Counted from the first letter of the stretch, positions 38,001-47,231 are shown. The stretch is DNA of 64,000 bases from Deltaproteobacteria bacterium GWC2_42_11 (GCA_001797495.1 MGPS01000070.1:15879-79878), one strand, 5' to 3'. The notes: generated from the letters alone by a model not told the origin. Numbers and translations: made by a program.

Positions 38001-38975
38001 ATGTCAAAAGGACCTATTTCAAAATTTATTGAGACGCATTATCTGCACTTTAATGCTGCTGTGCTTGTGGATGCTGCGAAGGCATACGAGTCGCATATAA
38101 ACGAACGCGGAAAGATGATGATAACCCTTGCAGGGGCAATGAGCACTGCGGAACTCGGGAAATCTCTATCTGAGATGATACGAAAGGACAAGGTTCATAT
38201 TATTACATGCACAGGTGCTAATATTGAGGAGGATGTCTTCAATCTTGTGGCACATAATTACTATAAGAGGGTTCCGCATTACCGCGAGTTAAGTCCTGAT
38301 GATGAGTGGAATCTTATGCAGGATGGTTTCAACCGTGTAACTGATACCTGTATTCCTGAAGATGAGGCAATCAGGAGGATAGAGCGCCATATATTTGACC
38401 TGTGGAAGGACGCTGACAGAAGCGGCAAAAGATATCTGCCCCATGAATATTTTTATCAGTTGTTGAAAAGCGGGGTATTAAAACAATATTATCAGATTGA
38501 CCCAAAAGACTCATGGCTTCTTACTGCATGTGAAAAGAACCTTCCTGTTATTGTGCCGGGCTGGGAAGATTCAACACTCGGAAATATCTTTGCCTCATAT
38601 TGTGTAACAGGCGAGTTAAAAGCGGTTACTGTAAAATCAGGGATAGAATACATGGTATCTCTTGCTGACTGGTACATGGAAAATTCAAAGGGGAAGGGAA
38701 TCGGCTTTTTCCAGATAGGAGGAGGTATTGCAGGTGATTTTCCAATATGTGTTGTGCCCATGCTTAGGCAGGATCTGAAAAAGGCTGATACACCTTTCTG
38801 GAGTTACTTCTGCCAGATTTCTGATTCCACAACAAGTTACGGCTCATATTCCGGCGCAGCGCCAAATGAAAAGATAACATGGGGTAAGTTGAGTAAAAAT
38901 ACACCAAGATTCATCATTGAATCAGATGCGAGTATAGTTGCACCGCTTGTGTTTGCATGGGTGCTGGGATGGTAA
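38001..38975 (+). CDS. Deoxyhypusine synthase-like protein (homospermidine synthase-like)
   Basis: Deoxyhypusine synthase family pattern (GAMSTAELG...ITCTGANIEED...GGGIAGDF). Confidence 0.65.
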   Translation: MSKGPISKFIETHYLHFNAAVLVDAAKAYESHINERGKMMITLAGAMSTAELGKSLSEMIRKDKVHIITCTGANIEEDVFNLVAHNYYKRVPHYRELSPDDEWNLMQDGFNRVTDTCIPEDEAIRRIERHIFDLWKDADRSGKRYLPHEYFYQLLKSGVLKQYYQIDPKDSWLLTACEKNLPVIVPGWEDSTLGNIFASYCVTGELKAVTVKSGIEYMVSLADWYMENSKGKGIGFFQIGGGIAGDFPICVVPMLRQDLKKADTPFWSYFCQISDSTTSYGSYSGAAPNEKITWGKLSKNTPRFIIESDASIVAPLVFAWVLGW

Positions 38976-39140
38976 AATAGTTAACGTTGAAAATACCCCG
39001 GCCCATTGCTTTGCAATGGGTGCCCCGTGCGTTGTCGCTGCGGCTTCTGCGCTCAACATACTGCAAAAGTATGCCCCCCGACAGTTTCAATCGGGGGTTT
39101 GCTCCGCCTTGCAGATGGGCAATTTTTGAGCGTCAACTAC
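38976..39140 (+). repeat. Dispersed intergenic repeat family R2, full-length copy
   Basis: aatagttaacgttgaaaatacccc...cccattgctttgcaatgggtgccccgtgcgttgtcgctgcggcttctgcgctcaacatactgcaaaagtatgcc...ttgctccgccttgcagatgggcaatttttgagcgtcaac. Confidence 0.7.
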
Positions 39141-39174
39141 CAATAAAATGTATTGTTAAGAGGTAGAGTATATA

Positions 39175-40131
39175 ATGTCTTCTTATCCTTTAAGTGTAAT
39201 GCACAACTTCGGCGGTCTGGATGAGAAGGCATCCTCATTCAAAAAGGCAAAGTTTGTTGTCCTGCCTGTTCCGTATGATATGACAGCATCTTATCAGAGC
39301 GGGACAAGAAAAGGTCCGTATGCAATCATTGATGCGTCAACCCATATGGAATTATATAATGAGGAACTGGACATAGAGGCATATAAGGTCGGGATACACA
39401 CAATGCCTTATCTGGAGCCAACCTCAAAAGGTCCTAAGGAGATGGTGGATATTGTTTATGAGGCATCCAGCTATATAGTGAACTTAGATAAAATTCCGGT
39501 TATGCTCGGCGGTGAGCACAGTATAACCCTGGGGCTTGTCAGAGCGCTTAAAAAAAAATATCCGAATATGTCTGTTCTTCAACTGGATGCACATGCAGAC
39601 ATGAGGGATAAATATCAGGAAAGCCCGTATAACCATGCGTGTATTGCAAGGAGAATATCAGAGATGTGTCCGATTGTTCAGGTTGGCATAAGGAGTTTAA
39701 GTGTTGAAGAGGCAGAGTTCTTAAAAAAGGGGTTGGAACACAGAACACAGAAGTCAGAAAAAACGCATCACGCATCACACATCACGCATCACAGTATCCA
39801 TACCTATTTTGCAAAGGATATTATAAGAGGCATCCCTGTAGAGGATATATGCAGTAATCTGACGAATGAAGTTTTTATTACCATTGACCTTGATGTGTTT
39901 GACCCTTCAATTATGCCTGCAACAGGAACCCCTGAACCAGGAGGGTTGATGTGGTATGAAGTGACGGGATTATTGAGGAACATTGCTGCTAAAAAAGAGA
40001 TAATCGGTTTTGATGTGGTTGAGTTGTGCCCGCTGGCAGGTAATTTATCTCCGGATTTCCTTGCTGCAAAACTTGTTTATAAGATGATGGGATATATAGT
40101 AAAAGACAAAAAAGCAGACTATAGACTTTAA
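39175..40131 (+). CDS. speB: Agmatinase / arginase-family ureohydrolase
   Basis: Arginase-fold Mn-ligand motifs are present (GGEHSIT, DAHADM, DLDVFDPS). It carries a His-rich insertion encoded by a nucleotide repeat. Confidence 0.8.
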   Translation: MSSYPLSVMHNFGGLDEKASSFKKAKFVVLPVPYDMTASYQSGTRKGPYAIIDASTHMELYNEELDIEAYKVGIHTMPYLEPTSKGPKEMVDIVYEASSYIVNLDKIPVMLGGEHSITLGLVRALKKKYPNMSVLQLDAHADMRDKYQESPYNHACIARRISEMCPIVQVGIRSLSVEEAEFLKKGLEHRTQKSEKTHHASHITHHSIHTYFAKDIIRGIPVEDICSNLTNEVFITIDLDVFDPSIMPATGTPEPGGLMWYEVTGLLRNIAAKKEIIGFDVVELCPLAGNLSPDFLAAKLVYKMMGYIVKDKKADYRL

Positions 40132-40187
40132 AGTAGACCATAGACTAAAGACTAAAAAGTCTAAAGTCTATAGTCTAAAGTCTAAAC
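40112..40187. repeat. TAGACT palindromic repeat element (family R3), copy C
   Basis: gcagactatagactttaaagtagaccatagactaaagactaaaaagtctaaagtctatagtctaaagtctaaac. It supplies the last codons and stop of speB. Confidence 0.65.
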
Positions 40188-40206
40188 AAGAAGGAGGACT
40201 TGAAAA

Positions 40207-40755
40207 GTGAGCATGGTGCCAAGAAGGGTATTCTTTACAAAGGGTGTAGGGACGCATAAGGAAGAACTCCATTCCTTTGAACTCGCGCTCAGGGATGCAG
40301 GCATAGAAAAACTCAATATCGTAACAGTCTCCAGCATATTCCCGCCGGGCTGTAAGGTTATTTCAAGAACTCAAGGATTAAAGATGCTTTCCCCCGGTCA
40401 GGTAACATTCTGCGTGATGAGCAGGTGCTGCAGTAACGAGCCCAGGAGGCTCATGGCAGCATCCGTAGGGTGTGCAATACCAATGGATAAAAAGGTATAT
40501 GGATACTTAAGCGAGCACCATGCCTTTGGCCAGACTGATAAGTTTGCAGGCGACTATGCAGAAGACCTTGCTGCAGCAATGCTTGCCTCCACACTGGGTA
40601 TAGAACTTGATGAGAACCTTGGGTGGGACGAGAAGAAAGAGATTTACAGGATAAGCGACAAGATAGTAAGAACAACAAACATCACGCAGTCGGCAATAGT
40701 AAAGGGTGACGGCAGGTATACAACCGTGATTGCTGCTGCTGTACTTATTCTTTAA
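40207..40755 (+). CDS. pdaD: Pyruvoyl-dependent arginine decarboxylase
   Basis: About 180 aa. The N-terminal pattern FFTKGVG...[27 protein letters not shown] matches the archaeal-type PdaD family. Confidence 0.65.
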   Translation: MSMVPRRVFFTKGVGTHKEELHSFELALRDAGIEKLNIVTVSSIFPPGCKVISRTQGLKMLSPGQVTFCVMSRCCSNEPRRLMAASVGCAIPMDKKVYGYLSEHHAFGQTDKFAGDYAEDLAAAMLASTLGIELDENLGWDEKKEIYRISDKIVRTTNITQSAIVKGDGRYTTVIAAAVLIL

Positions 40756-41681
40756 TGGCAGATTTTTTCGACCTGGCGATAGCATGGGAATGGGAGTATG
40801 ACAGGGATTTCGTATGCAGTATTGACAGGGAGTGTCAGAAAAACATGCTAAGCAGTTATCTTATTTATCCGGCAAATCTTAATGAAACGCTTAATCTGCA
40901 GGCAGAAGGTAAGATTGCATTCAGGATGCTTTTTGACCGTGCATCAGACACAAACCCCAAGTTCCATGATATTATACATTTTGCAAAGAGATTCCCTTTC
41001 AAGATGGTAAATGAGGTATCTCTTTTACCAAGGGCAGTTGACAAGGCAACCATGCACCTTGAGTTTATTTCAAACGGTATCAATGTCCCTTACACGATAA
41101 TACTTTCGCCGTGGCAGAAGAATCAAGAGATTTATACCATGATGAAACTTTCTGACTTTAAAAAACTTGGTATGCCGTTTATAATAAAACCTGCACACGG
41201 CGGCGGCGGCGTTGGTGTGGTTATCGATGCAAGGACAATACAGGAGGTAGTAAAGGCAAGGATGGAAATTGCACATGATAAATATCTGCTGCAGGAGAAG
41301 ATAGTACCTGTATTTCTTGGCAAAGATTTGAGCCGCAAGGCATGGTTCAGGGTATTTTATGTATGCGGTGAGATAATCCCATGCTGGTGGAATAATGAAA
41401 CCTTCATTTACAACATGATAACATCTGATGAGGTAAAAAAGTATGATTTTTCAGAACTGCATGATATAACTAAAAAGATTGCAGATATATGCGGCCTTGA
41501 TTTTTTCTCTACAGAGATAGTAAAGGTGAAAGATGGCAGATTTATTGTTGTAGATTATGTAAATGATATGTGCGATATGAGAAGGAAATCCAGATACCCC
41601 GATGGTGTGCCTGATGAGGTAGTGGGAAAAGTTATTAAAAGACTTGTCAGATATGTGAAGGAAAATGCCAAGAAGGATTAG
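40755..41681 (+). CDS. ATP-grasp domain protein of unknown specificity
   Basis: The central IIKPAHGGGGVGV and downstream acidic residues are typical of ATP-grasp ligases. The start overlaps the pdaD stop (TAATG). Confidence 0.5.
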   Translation: MADFFDLAIAWEWEYDRDFVCSIDRECQKNMLSSYLIYPANLNETLNLQAEGKIAFRMLFDRASDTNPKFHDIIHFAKRFPFKMVNEVSLLPRAVDKATMHLEFISNGINVPYTIILSPWQKNQEIYTMMKLSDFKKLGMPFIIKPAHGGGGVGVVIDARTIQEVVKARMEIAHDKYLLQEKIVPVFLGKDLSRKAWFRVFYVCGEIIPCWWNNETFIYNMITSDEVKKYDFSELHDITKKIADICGLDFFSTEIVKVKDGRFIVVDYVNDMCDMRRKSRYPDGVPDEVVGKVIKRLVRYVKENAKKD

Positions 41682-41698
41682 ACATTTAGTAAATTAGC

Positions 41699-42721
41699 AT
41701 GAATGTTGCCATAACATACAACATAAAAAAGAAAGAGACTTTAACAGAGAATCTCCCCCCTGATTTTTATGCTGAATGGGATGATGATGAGACAATAGAC
41801 GCAATAAGGGATGCTGTCTCAAAAAGGCATGAGGTGGTTTTAATAGAGGCAGATAAAGAGGGGTATCAGAAACTTGTAAAAGAAAAACCTGATATGGTTT
41901 TTAATATTGCAGAGGGCATTAACGGCAGAAACAGGGAATCCCATATCCCTGCCATGCTGGAGATGCTCGGGATACCATATACAGGTTCAGGTCCTCTGAC
42001 ACTTGGCATCTGCCTTGATAAGGCAAGGGCAAAAGAGATACTCTCTTATTACAATATTCCAACTGCCAGATTTTTTGTATCACACTCAGCGCTCAGCGCT
42101 CAACACTCGGCGCTCTCCTTCCCCCTCATTGTCAAACCCCTTTATGAGGGTTCAAGTAAGGGCATAAGGAATGACTCTATAGTCTATAATATTGACGACC
42201 TCAATAAAAAGACTGAATGGGTCATTAACGAATACAGGCAGCCTGCCCTTGTCGAGGAATTCCTTGATGGGAGGGAGTTTACAGTCGCCGTGATGGGCAA
42301 TGGTGATGAAGTAAATTGCCTTCCTATTGTTGAAATAAATTATTCAACACTCCCTGAAGGGGTAAACCCGATTTATTCCTATGAAGCAAAGTGGCTATGG
42401 GATACACCTGATAACCCGCTGGAGATATTCACCTGTCCGGCACAGATAGAAGCCGAATTAACCCAGAGGATAGAAGAGATATGCAAAAGGGCGTTTCAGG
42501 TTCTGGACATCAAAGACTGGTGCAGGATAGATATAAGACTGGATGGTAAAGGTACTCCGCACATCCTGGAACTTAATCCGCTGCCGGGGATACTGCCTGA
42601 CCCTAAAAGTAATTCATGTTTTCCAAAGGCAGCAAGGGCTGCTGGCATGGATTACAATAGACTTATAAATACAGTACTTGATATTGCGTGTAAGAGATAT
42701 GGTATTTATGGCAACCGCTGA
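41699..42721 (+). CDS. D-alanine--D-alanine ligase family ATP-grasp protein, paralog 1
   Basis: Ddl-family motifs (GIPYTGSGPLTLGICLDK, LIVKPLYEGSSKGI, the ELNPLPG region) are present. The family tolerates an in-frame SALSAQHSALS repeat insertion. Confidence 0.65.
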   Translation: MNVAITYNIKKKETLTENLPPDFYAEWDDDETIDAIRDAVSKRHEVVLIEADKEGYQKLVKEKPDMVFNIAEGINGRNRESHIPAMLEMLGIPYTGSGPLTLGICLDKARAKEILSYYNIPTARFFVSHSALSAQHSALSFPLIVKPLYEGSSKGIRNDSIVYNIDDLNKKTEWVINEYRQPALVEEFLDGREFTVAVMGNGDEVNCLPIVEINYSTLPEGVNPIYSYEAKWLWDTPDNPLEIFTCPAQIEAELTQRIEEICKRAFQVLDIKDWCRIDIRLDGKGTPHILELNPLPGILPDPKSNSCFPKAARAAGMDYNRLINTVLDIACKRYGIYGNR

Positions 42722-43733
42722 AAAAATTACCATAACATACAATGACGATTTAGATATTGGAAGAAGGGATATTGATTGCTCAATTTCCTGCGAGGGGGTT
42801 ATTGATACAGCGATGTCCGTAAAAAAGGCGATAGAAGGGGGTGGTATAACTTTGGTACTTGTTCCATTGGAAGATAACCCTTATGCATTTATAGATACGC
42901 TCCGCCGAAGTGCACCCGATATAATCTTTAACCTGTGTGAAGGGGCATTAGGTTTGAGTTCAATGGAGATGAATGTGGCTTCTTTCTATGAACTGTTTGG
43001 CTTCAGATATACAGGTTCAGGACCTTTGACATTAGGTTTGTGCCTTAATAAGGGACTTGCCAAAAACATATTGTGTGCAAACAGCGTCCCGACGCCTGCA
43101 TATACTGTTGTTAAAGGCACAGGTTTACTTGCAGATATCGGCATAAATTTTCCGCTTATTGTAAAGCCTCTGCAGGAAGATGCAGGTATAGGCGTGGACA
43201 GCAGTGCGGTTGTGCACGATACCGAATCACTTAAAAAGAGGGTCCAATATATATTAGATGTTTGCAAACAGCCTGCACTGGTTGAGGAGTATATTAACGG
43301 GAGGGAATTCAATGTATCGGTCATGGGCAATGGAGATGATTTAAGGGTATTGCCTGTTTCGGAGATAGATTTTTCAGGACTGCCTGAAGACATGCCTCGT
43401 CTGGTTGGCTATGAGGCAAAATGGGTTGCCGCAAGCATATCTTATAAGAATACAGTACCTGTATGCCCTGCAAAGGTATCAGAAGATTTAAAAGAAAGGC
43501 TGTCGTCTATAGCAGTAAAGGCTTACAGGTTGATGGGCTGCCGTGATTATGCCAGGGTTGATATAAGGATGGGAAAGGATAATGTGCCAAAGGTGCTTGA
43601 GGTTAACCCCAACCCTGACATATCGCCTGATGCAGGTATTGCAAGAAGCGCTTTTGCAGCGGGAATGACCTACAGCACACTCATACATGAGATAATAAAA
43701 TGTGCCATGAGCAGATACGGCTGTAATGAGTGA
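42708..43733 (+). CDS. D-alanine--D-alanine ligase family ATP-grasp protein, paralog 2
   Basis: Same motif set as paralog 1 (GFRYTGSGPLTLGLCLNK, LIVKPLQEDAGIGV, EVNPNPD). Overlaps paralog 1 by 14 nt. Confidence 0.65.
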   Translation: MATAEKITITYNDDLDIGRRDIDCSISCEGVIDTAMSVKKAIEGGGITLVLVPLEDNPYAFIDTLRRSAPDIIFNLCEGALGLSSMEMNVASFYELFGFRYTGSGPLTLGLCLNKGLAKNILCANSVPTPAYTVVKGTGLLADIGINFPLIVKPLQEDAGIGVDSSAVVHDTESLKKRVQYILDVCKQPALVEEYINGREFNVSVMGNGDDLRVLPVSEIDFSGLPEDMPRLVGYEAKWVAASISYKNTVPVCPAKVSEDLKERLSSIAVKAYRLMGCRDYARVDIRMGKDNVPKVLEVNPNPDISPDAGIARSAFAAGMTYSTLIHEIIKCAMSRYGCNE

Positions 43734-43754
43734 CAGGAACAATACTGAACGGAT

Positions 43755-44231
43755 ATGGAGATACGAAAGGTTTCATCAGATGACAGGGATACAATAATCT
43801 CGATAATTAACAGAAATGTCAACTTTACAGCAGAAGAAAAAGATTGTGCTGCTGAACTTCTGGATATTTATCTCGGAAATCCATGTCAGAATGACTATGA
43901 CTTCTTCTGTGCAGTAAATGAAGGTAATAAGGTTATTGGATACATCTGCTACGGCAGAGTCCCTTTAACAGAATCCACCTATGACCTCTACTGGATAGTT
44001 GTTGACCCTCTGTTCCATAGCATGGGGATTGGCAAAATGCTTGTCAATTATCTTGAAAGTATGTTAATAAATATCAGGGCAAGAATGCTTCTGGCAGAGA
44101 CATCATCAAGGTCAGATTATTACAAAACCAGGGTTTTCTATGAACAGAATAGTTTTACAGAGGCAGCAAGGATAAAGGATTTTTACAGGGCAGGCGACGA
44201 TAAAATAATATATAAAAAGACTTTTGTTTGA
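43755..44231 (+). CDS. GNAT-family N-acetyltransferase
   Basis: Acetyl-CoA binding pattern (HSMGIGKMLVNYLE). Confidence 0.6.
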   Translation: MEIRKVSSDDRDTIISIINRNVNFTAEEKDCAAELLDIYLGNPCQNDYDFFCAVNEGNKVIGYICYGRVPLTESTYDLYWIVVDPLFHSMGIGKMLVNYLESMLINIRARMLLAETSSRSDYYKTRVFYEQNSFTEAARIKDFYRAGDDKIIYKKTFV

Positions 44232-44283
44232 TAAATAATAGAGAGAGGTATTAGTAAATACGGTTTTTTTTAAAGGAGGAGTT

Positions 44284-44904
44284 GTGTTGGAAACAGAAAC
44301 AATAAAAAAGATATATGCGGGCTATTCAAATGCATATGATGCAATCTTTAAAAGGTTCTTTTTCCCGAGAATAAAACATGCCATTGCAACTATGGATATA
44401 AGACATGGCGACAAGGTTCTGGATGTCGGCGTTGGTACAGGTCTTTCCCTCCCTCTGTTCCCCAGATACTGTGATGTTACCGGAATAGATATATCTTCCG
44501 CTATGTTAAAAAAAGCAAAGGAAAAGACAAACAAACTGAATTTGAACCACATTGAACTCATGGAAATGGACGCTATGAACCTGGAATTTCCTGATAACAG
44601 TTTCGACAAGGTCTTTATATCCCATGTTGTAAGCGTCGTACCTGACCCTTATAAAACAATGTCAGAGGTAAAGAGGGTATGCAAGAGAAATGGGAAAATC
44701 GTTGTAGTCAATCATTTCAGGAGTCCTAACAAAATGGTTGGGAGTGTTGTAAGGATGCTGAACCCTATAACGAAAAAGATAGGCTGGAGGACAGACCTGT
44801 CTTTAGACGAGTTTATAAAAAAAGCAAACTTATGTGTAGAAAAGAAATATAAATTGAAGAAGATAGACCTCTGGTATGTTATATTCGCCGTGAATGAAAA
44901 ATAA
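44284..44904 (+). CDS. Class I SAM-dependent methyltransferase
   Basis: Motif I VLDVGVGTG is followed by an acidic residue and post-I and II motifs. Confidence 0.7.
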   Translation: MLETETIKKIYAGYSNAYDAIFKRFFFPRIKHAIATMDIRHGDKVLDVGVGTGLSLPLFPRYCDVTGIDISSAMLKKAKEKTNKLNLNHIELMEMDAMNLEFPDNSFDKVFISHVVSVVPDPYKTMSEVKRVCKRNGKIVVVNHFRSPNKMVGSVVRMLNPITKKIGWRTDLSLDEFIKKANLCVEKKYKLKKIDLWYVIFAVNEK

Positions 44905-45421
44905 GCCAATCCCTGACAAGCCGTATATATGTCCTGATGCGGACATAACCATCCTTCCCATGTCCCGCAATGATATTGATGAAATTCTAGAAATAGAAAA
45001 TGTGTCTTTCCCTGGACCGTGGTCAATGTCCATTTTTGAAAAAGAACTCAAAAACCCCTTTTCTTTTCCGTTTGTGGCACGATTTGATAAGACTGAAACC
45101 AAGACCATTGCCGGATATATAATAGTCTGGCTTGTCGCAGAAGAGGCGCATATATTAAACCTTGCTGTCCATCCTGATTTCAGGAGAAAGGGGATAGCCC
45201 GATTACTGCTGGAATTCATGCTGGACTTTCTTGCCGGAAGGTCTGCAAGGGTTGTGTATCTGGAGGTGAGGAGGTCAAATATTTCAGCACAAAGACTTTA
45301 CATGGGTTTTGGTTTCAGCGAGATAGGAGTCAGGAAGGAATATTATTCTGACAATAAGGAAGATGCTATAGTTATGGGGCTTGAGATGGCTTGCAAAAGC
45401 AGGGCAGCAAAGGTCGTATGA
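44894..45421 (+). CDS. RimI-like GNAT acetyltransferase
   Basis: RimI-like pattern (IENVSFPGPWS...ILNLAVHPDFRRKGIARLLL). Confidence 0.6.
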   Translation: MKNKPIPDKPYICPDADITILPMSRNDIDEILEIENVSFPGPWSMSIFEKELKNPFSFPFVARFDKTETKTIAGYIIVWLVAEEAHILNLAVHPDFRRKGIARLLLEFMLDFLAGRSARVVYLEVRRSNISAQRLYMGFGFSEIGVRKEYYSDNKEDAIVMGLEMACKSRAAKVV

Positions 45422-46302
45422 TATCAGAGGTTCTTTATAATAAAAATGTATTACCGTCTTATTACAAACTGGGGCTTGCTGTTGGGAGAGAATTTGACGG
45501 TGCTGTGCCGGGACAGTTTGTTATGCTGAGGATAAGCGGACAATTAGACCCGTTTTTGCGCAGACCTTTTGGAATATACAAAAGGTGGGATCAAAAGATA
45601 GGATCACCCCGTTTAGATGGGTCAAAGGCGGGTGCCCTCTGGGCGCGGTCAAGCAGCAAAGGGCAAAAGATAGAGATACTTTATAAGGTAGTAGGGAAAG
45701 GCACAGGGATTATGTCAGGACTAAAAATAGGTGATAGGGTTGATATTCTTGGACCCTTTGGTAATACATTCCCTTCAGCAGAGAGAAATAAAAACATTAT
45801 TATGGTAGCAGGCGGTATAGGTATTGTGCCGTTTTACCTCCTTGCCAAAGGGTGCAAGAAAACATGGGTTGGGTTGAAACTTCTGTTTGGCGGAAAAAGC
45901 AAGGAAGACCTCCCTGGTCTGGATGATTTTAAAAAACTTAAGATTGATGTGTCTGTTTCCACAGATGATGGCAGCGTGGGAGAGAAGGGCATGGTAACAA
46001 AACTTCTCTTGAAGGAGTTATTAGGAAGGGATTTAAGTTCAGCAGTTGTATATGCATGCGGCACAAAACCAATGCTCAAGACAGTTGCAGATATAGCAGA
46101 TAGAAACAACATTCCGTGTTATGTTTCCCTTGATAATGTAATGGCTTGCGGTATAGGTGCATGTCTTGGGTGTGCTGTAAAAGTAACGGGGTCAAAGGTT
46201 CAAGGAGTCAAGGGGTATAGAAACAACTCACAACTCTACAAGATGGTTTGCAAGGACGGGCCTATATTTGATGCAAGGGATATAGATTGGGAAGCGATAT
46301 GA
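45418..46302 (+). CDS. pyrK: Dihydroorotate dehydrogenase electron-transfer subunit
   Basis: FAD/NAD-binding fold with C-terminal [2Fe-2S] cysteines (CGIGACLGC). Start is at MISEVL. It contains a ~25-aa low-complexity insertion. Confidence 0.75.
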   Translation: MISEVLYNKNVLPSYYKLGLAVGREFDGAVPGQFVMLRISGQLDPFLRRPFGIYKRWDQKIGSPRLDGSKAGALWARSSSKGQKIEILYKVVGKGTGIMSGLKIGDRVDILGPFGNTFPSAERNKNIIMVAGGIGIVPFYLLAKGCKKTWVGLKLLFGGKSKEDLPGLDDFKKLKIDVSVSTDDGSVGEKGMVTKLLLKELLGRDLSSAVVYACGTKPMLKTVADIADRNNIPCYVSLDNVMACGIGACLGCAVKVTGSKVQGVKGYRNNSQLYKMVCKDGPIFDARDIDWEAI

Positions 46303-47231
46303 AAAAGGGCAAAGGGCAAGAGATAAATTTATCTGTAACCATCGCAGGGATAGAACTTAAAAATCCTGTGATGACAGCATCAGGCACATTCGGGTACGGT
46401 GAGGAATTCAGCCCCTTTGTTGACTTTAATAAACTTGGCGCTGTTGTTGTGAAAGGGCTATCCCTTAAACCAAGGCAGGGCAACCCATCTCCAAGGATTG
46501 TTGAGACACCGGCAGGTATGCTTAATGCCATAGGGCTTCAGAATGTTGGTGTTGAAGTATTTATAAAAGAGAAACTTCCGTTTTTAAGAAAATATAATGT
46601 GCCTGTGATTGCAAATATCTTTGGCGAGAATGTCAGAGAATATGCAGAGGTGGCAAAAAGGCTTGATGAAACAGATGGCATTGCAGGTCTTGAAATAAAC
46701 ATATCCTGTCCAAATGTAAAAAAGGGCGGCATTGTATTCGGCATAAATCCGAAAGAATCTGCAAAGGTAATAAGGGCTGTAAAGAAGGCAACTCGGTTTC
46801 CTGTTGTTACCAAACTCTCCCCGAATGTTACGGATATAAAAGTCATGGCAAAGGCTGCGGAGGATGCAGGAAGCGATGCTATATCCCTTATCAATACTAT
46901 CACAGGCATGGCAATTGATGTTGAAACAAGGAAACCTAAACTGGCAAATATTACAGGCGGGCTGTCAGGTCCGGCAATAAGACCAATTGCTGTGAGGATG
47001 GTTTGGGAGGCTGCAAAGGTTGTTAAAATTCCGATTATCGGCATAGGCGGCATAATGACAGCCAGTGACGCCCTTGAGTTTATAATAGCAGGTGCAGCAG
47101 CAGTTCAGATAGGCACAGCAAACTTTGTTGAGCCTGATGCAGCGATAAAGATACTTGAAGGGATTAAGGACTACTGCATGAGGCATGGGGTTAAAAGATT
47201 GAAGGGACTGATAAGGAGTTTAGGTAGTTGA
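46299..47231 (+). CDS. pyrD: Dihydroorotate dehydrogenase catalytic subunit (class 1B)
   Basis: NPVMTASGTFGYG, LEINISCPN and IGIGGI motifs are present. Confidence 0.85.
   Translation: MKKGKGQEINLSVTIAGIELKNPVMTASGTFGYGEEFSPFVDFNKLGAVVVKGLSLKPRQGNPSPRIVETPAGMLNAIGLQNVGVEVFIKEKLPFLRKYNVPVIANIFGENVREYAEVAKRLDETDGIAGLEINISCPNVKKGGIVFGINPKESAKVIRAVKKATRFPVVTKLSPNVTDIKVMAKAAEDAGSDAISLINTITGMAIDVETRKPKLANITGGLSGPAIRPIAVRMVWEAAKVVKIPIIGIGGIMTASDALEFIIAGAAAVQIGTANFVEPDAAIKILEGIKDYCMRHGVKRLKGLIRSLGS

Noticed and set aside
39762-39794. His-rich stretch in agmatinase as a native metal-binding site
   Set aside because: Identical nucleotide repeat units occur in pyrC and in intergenic leaders, so a shared repeat insertion is the simpler explanation. 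A functional metal site is not excluded.
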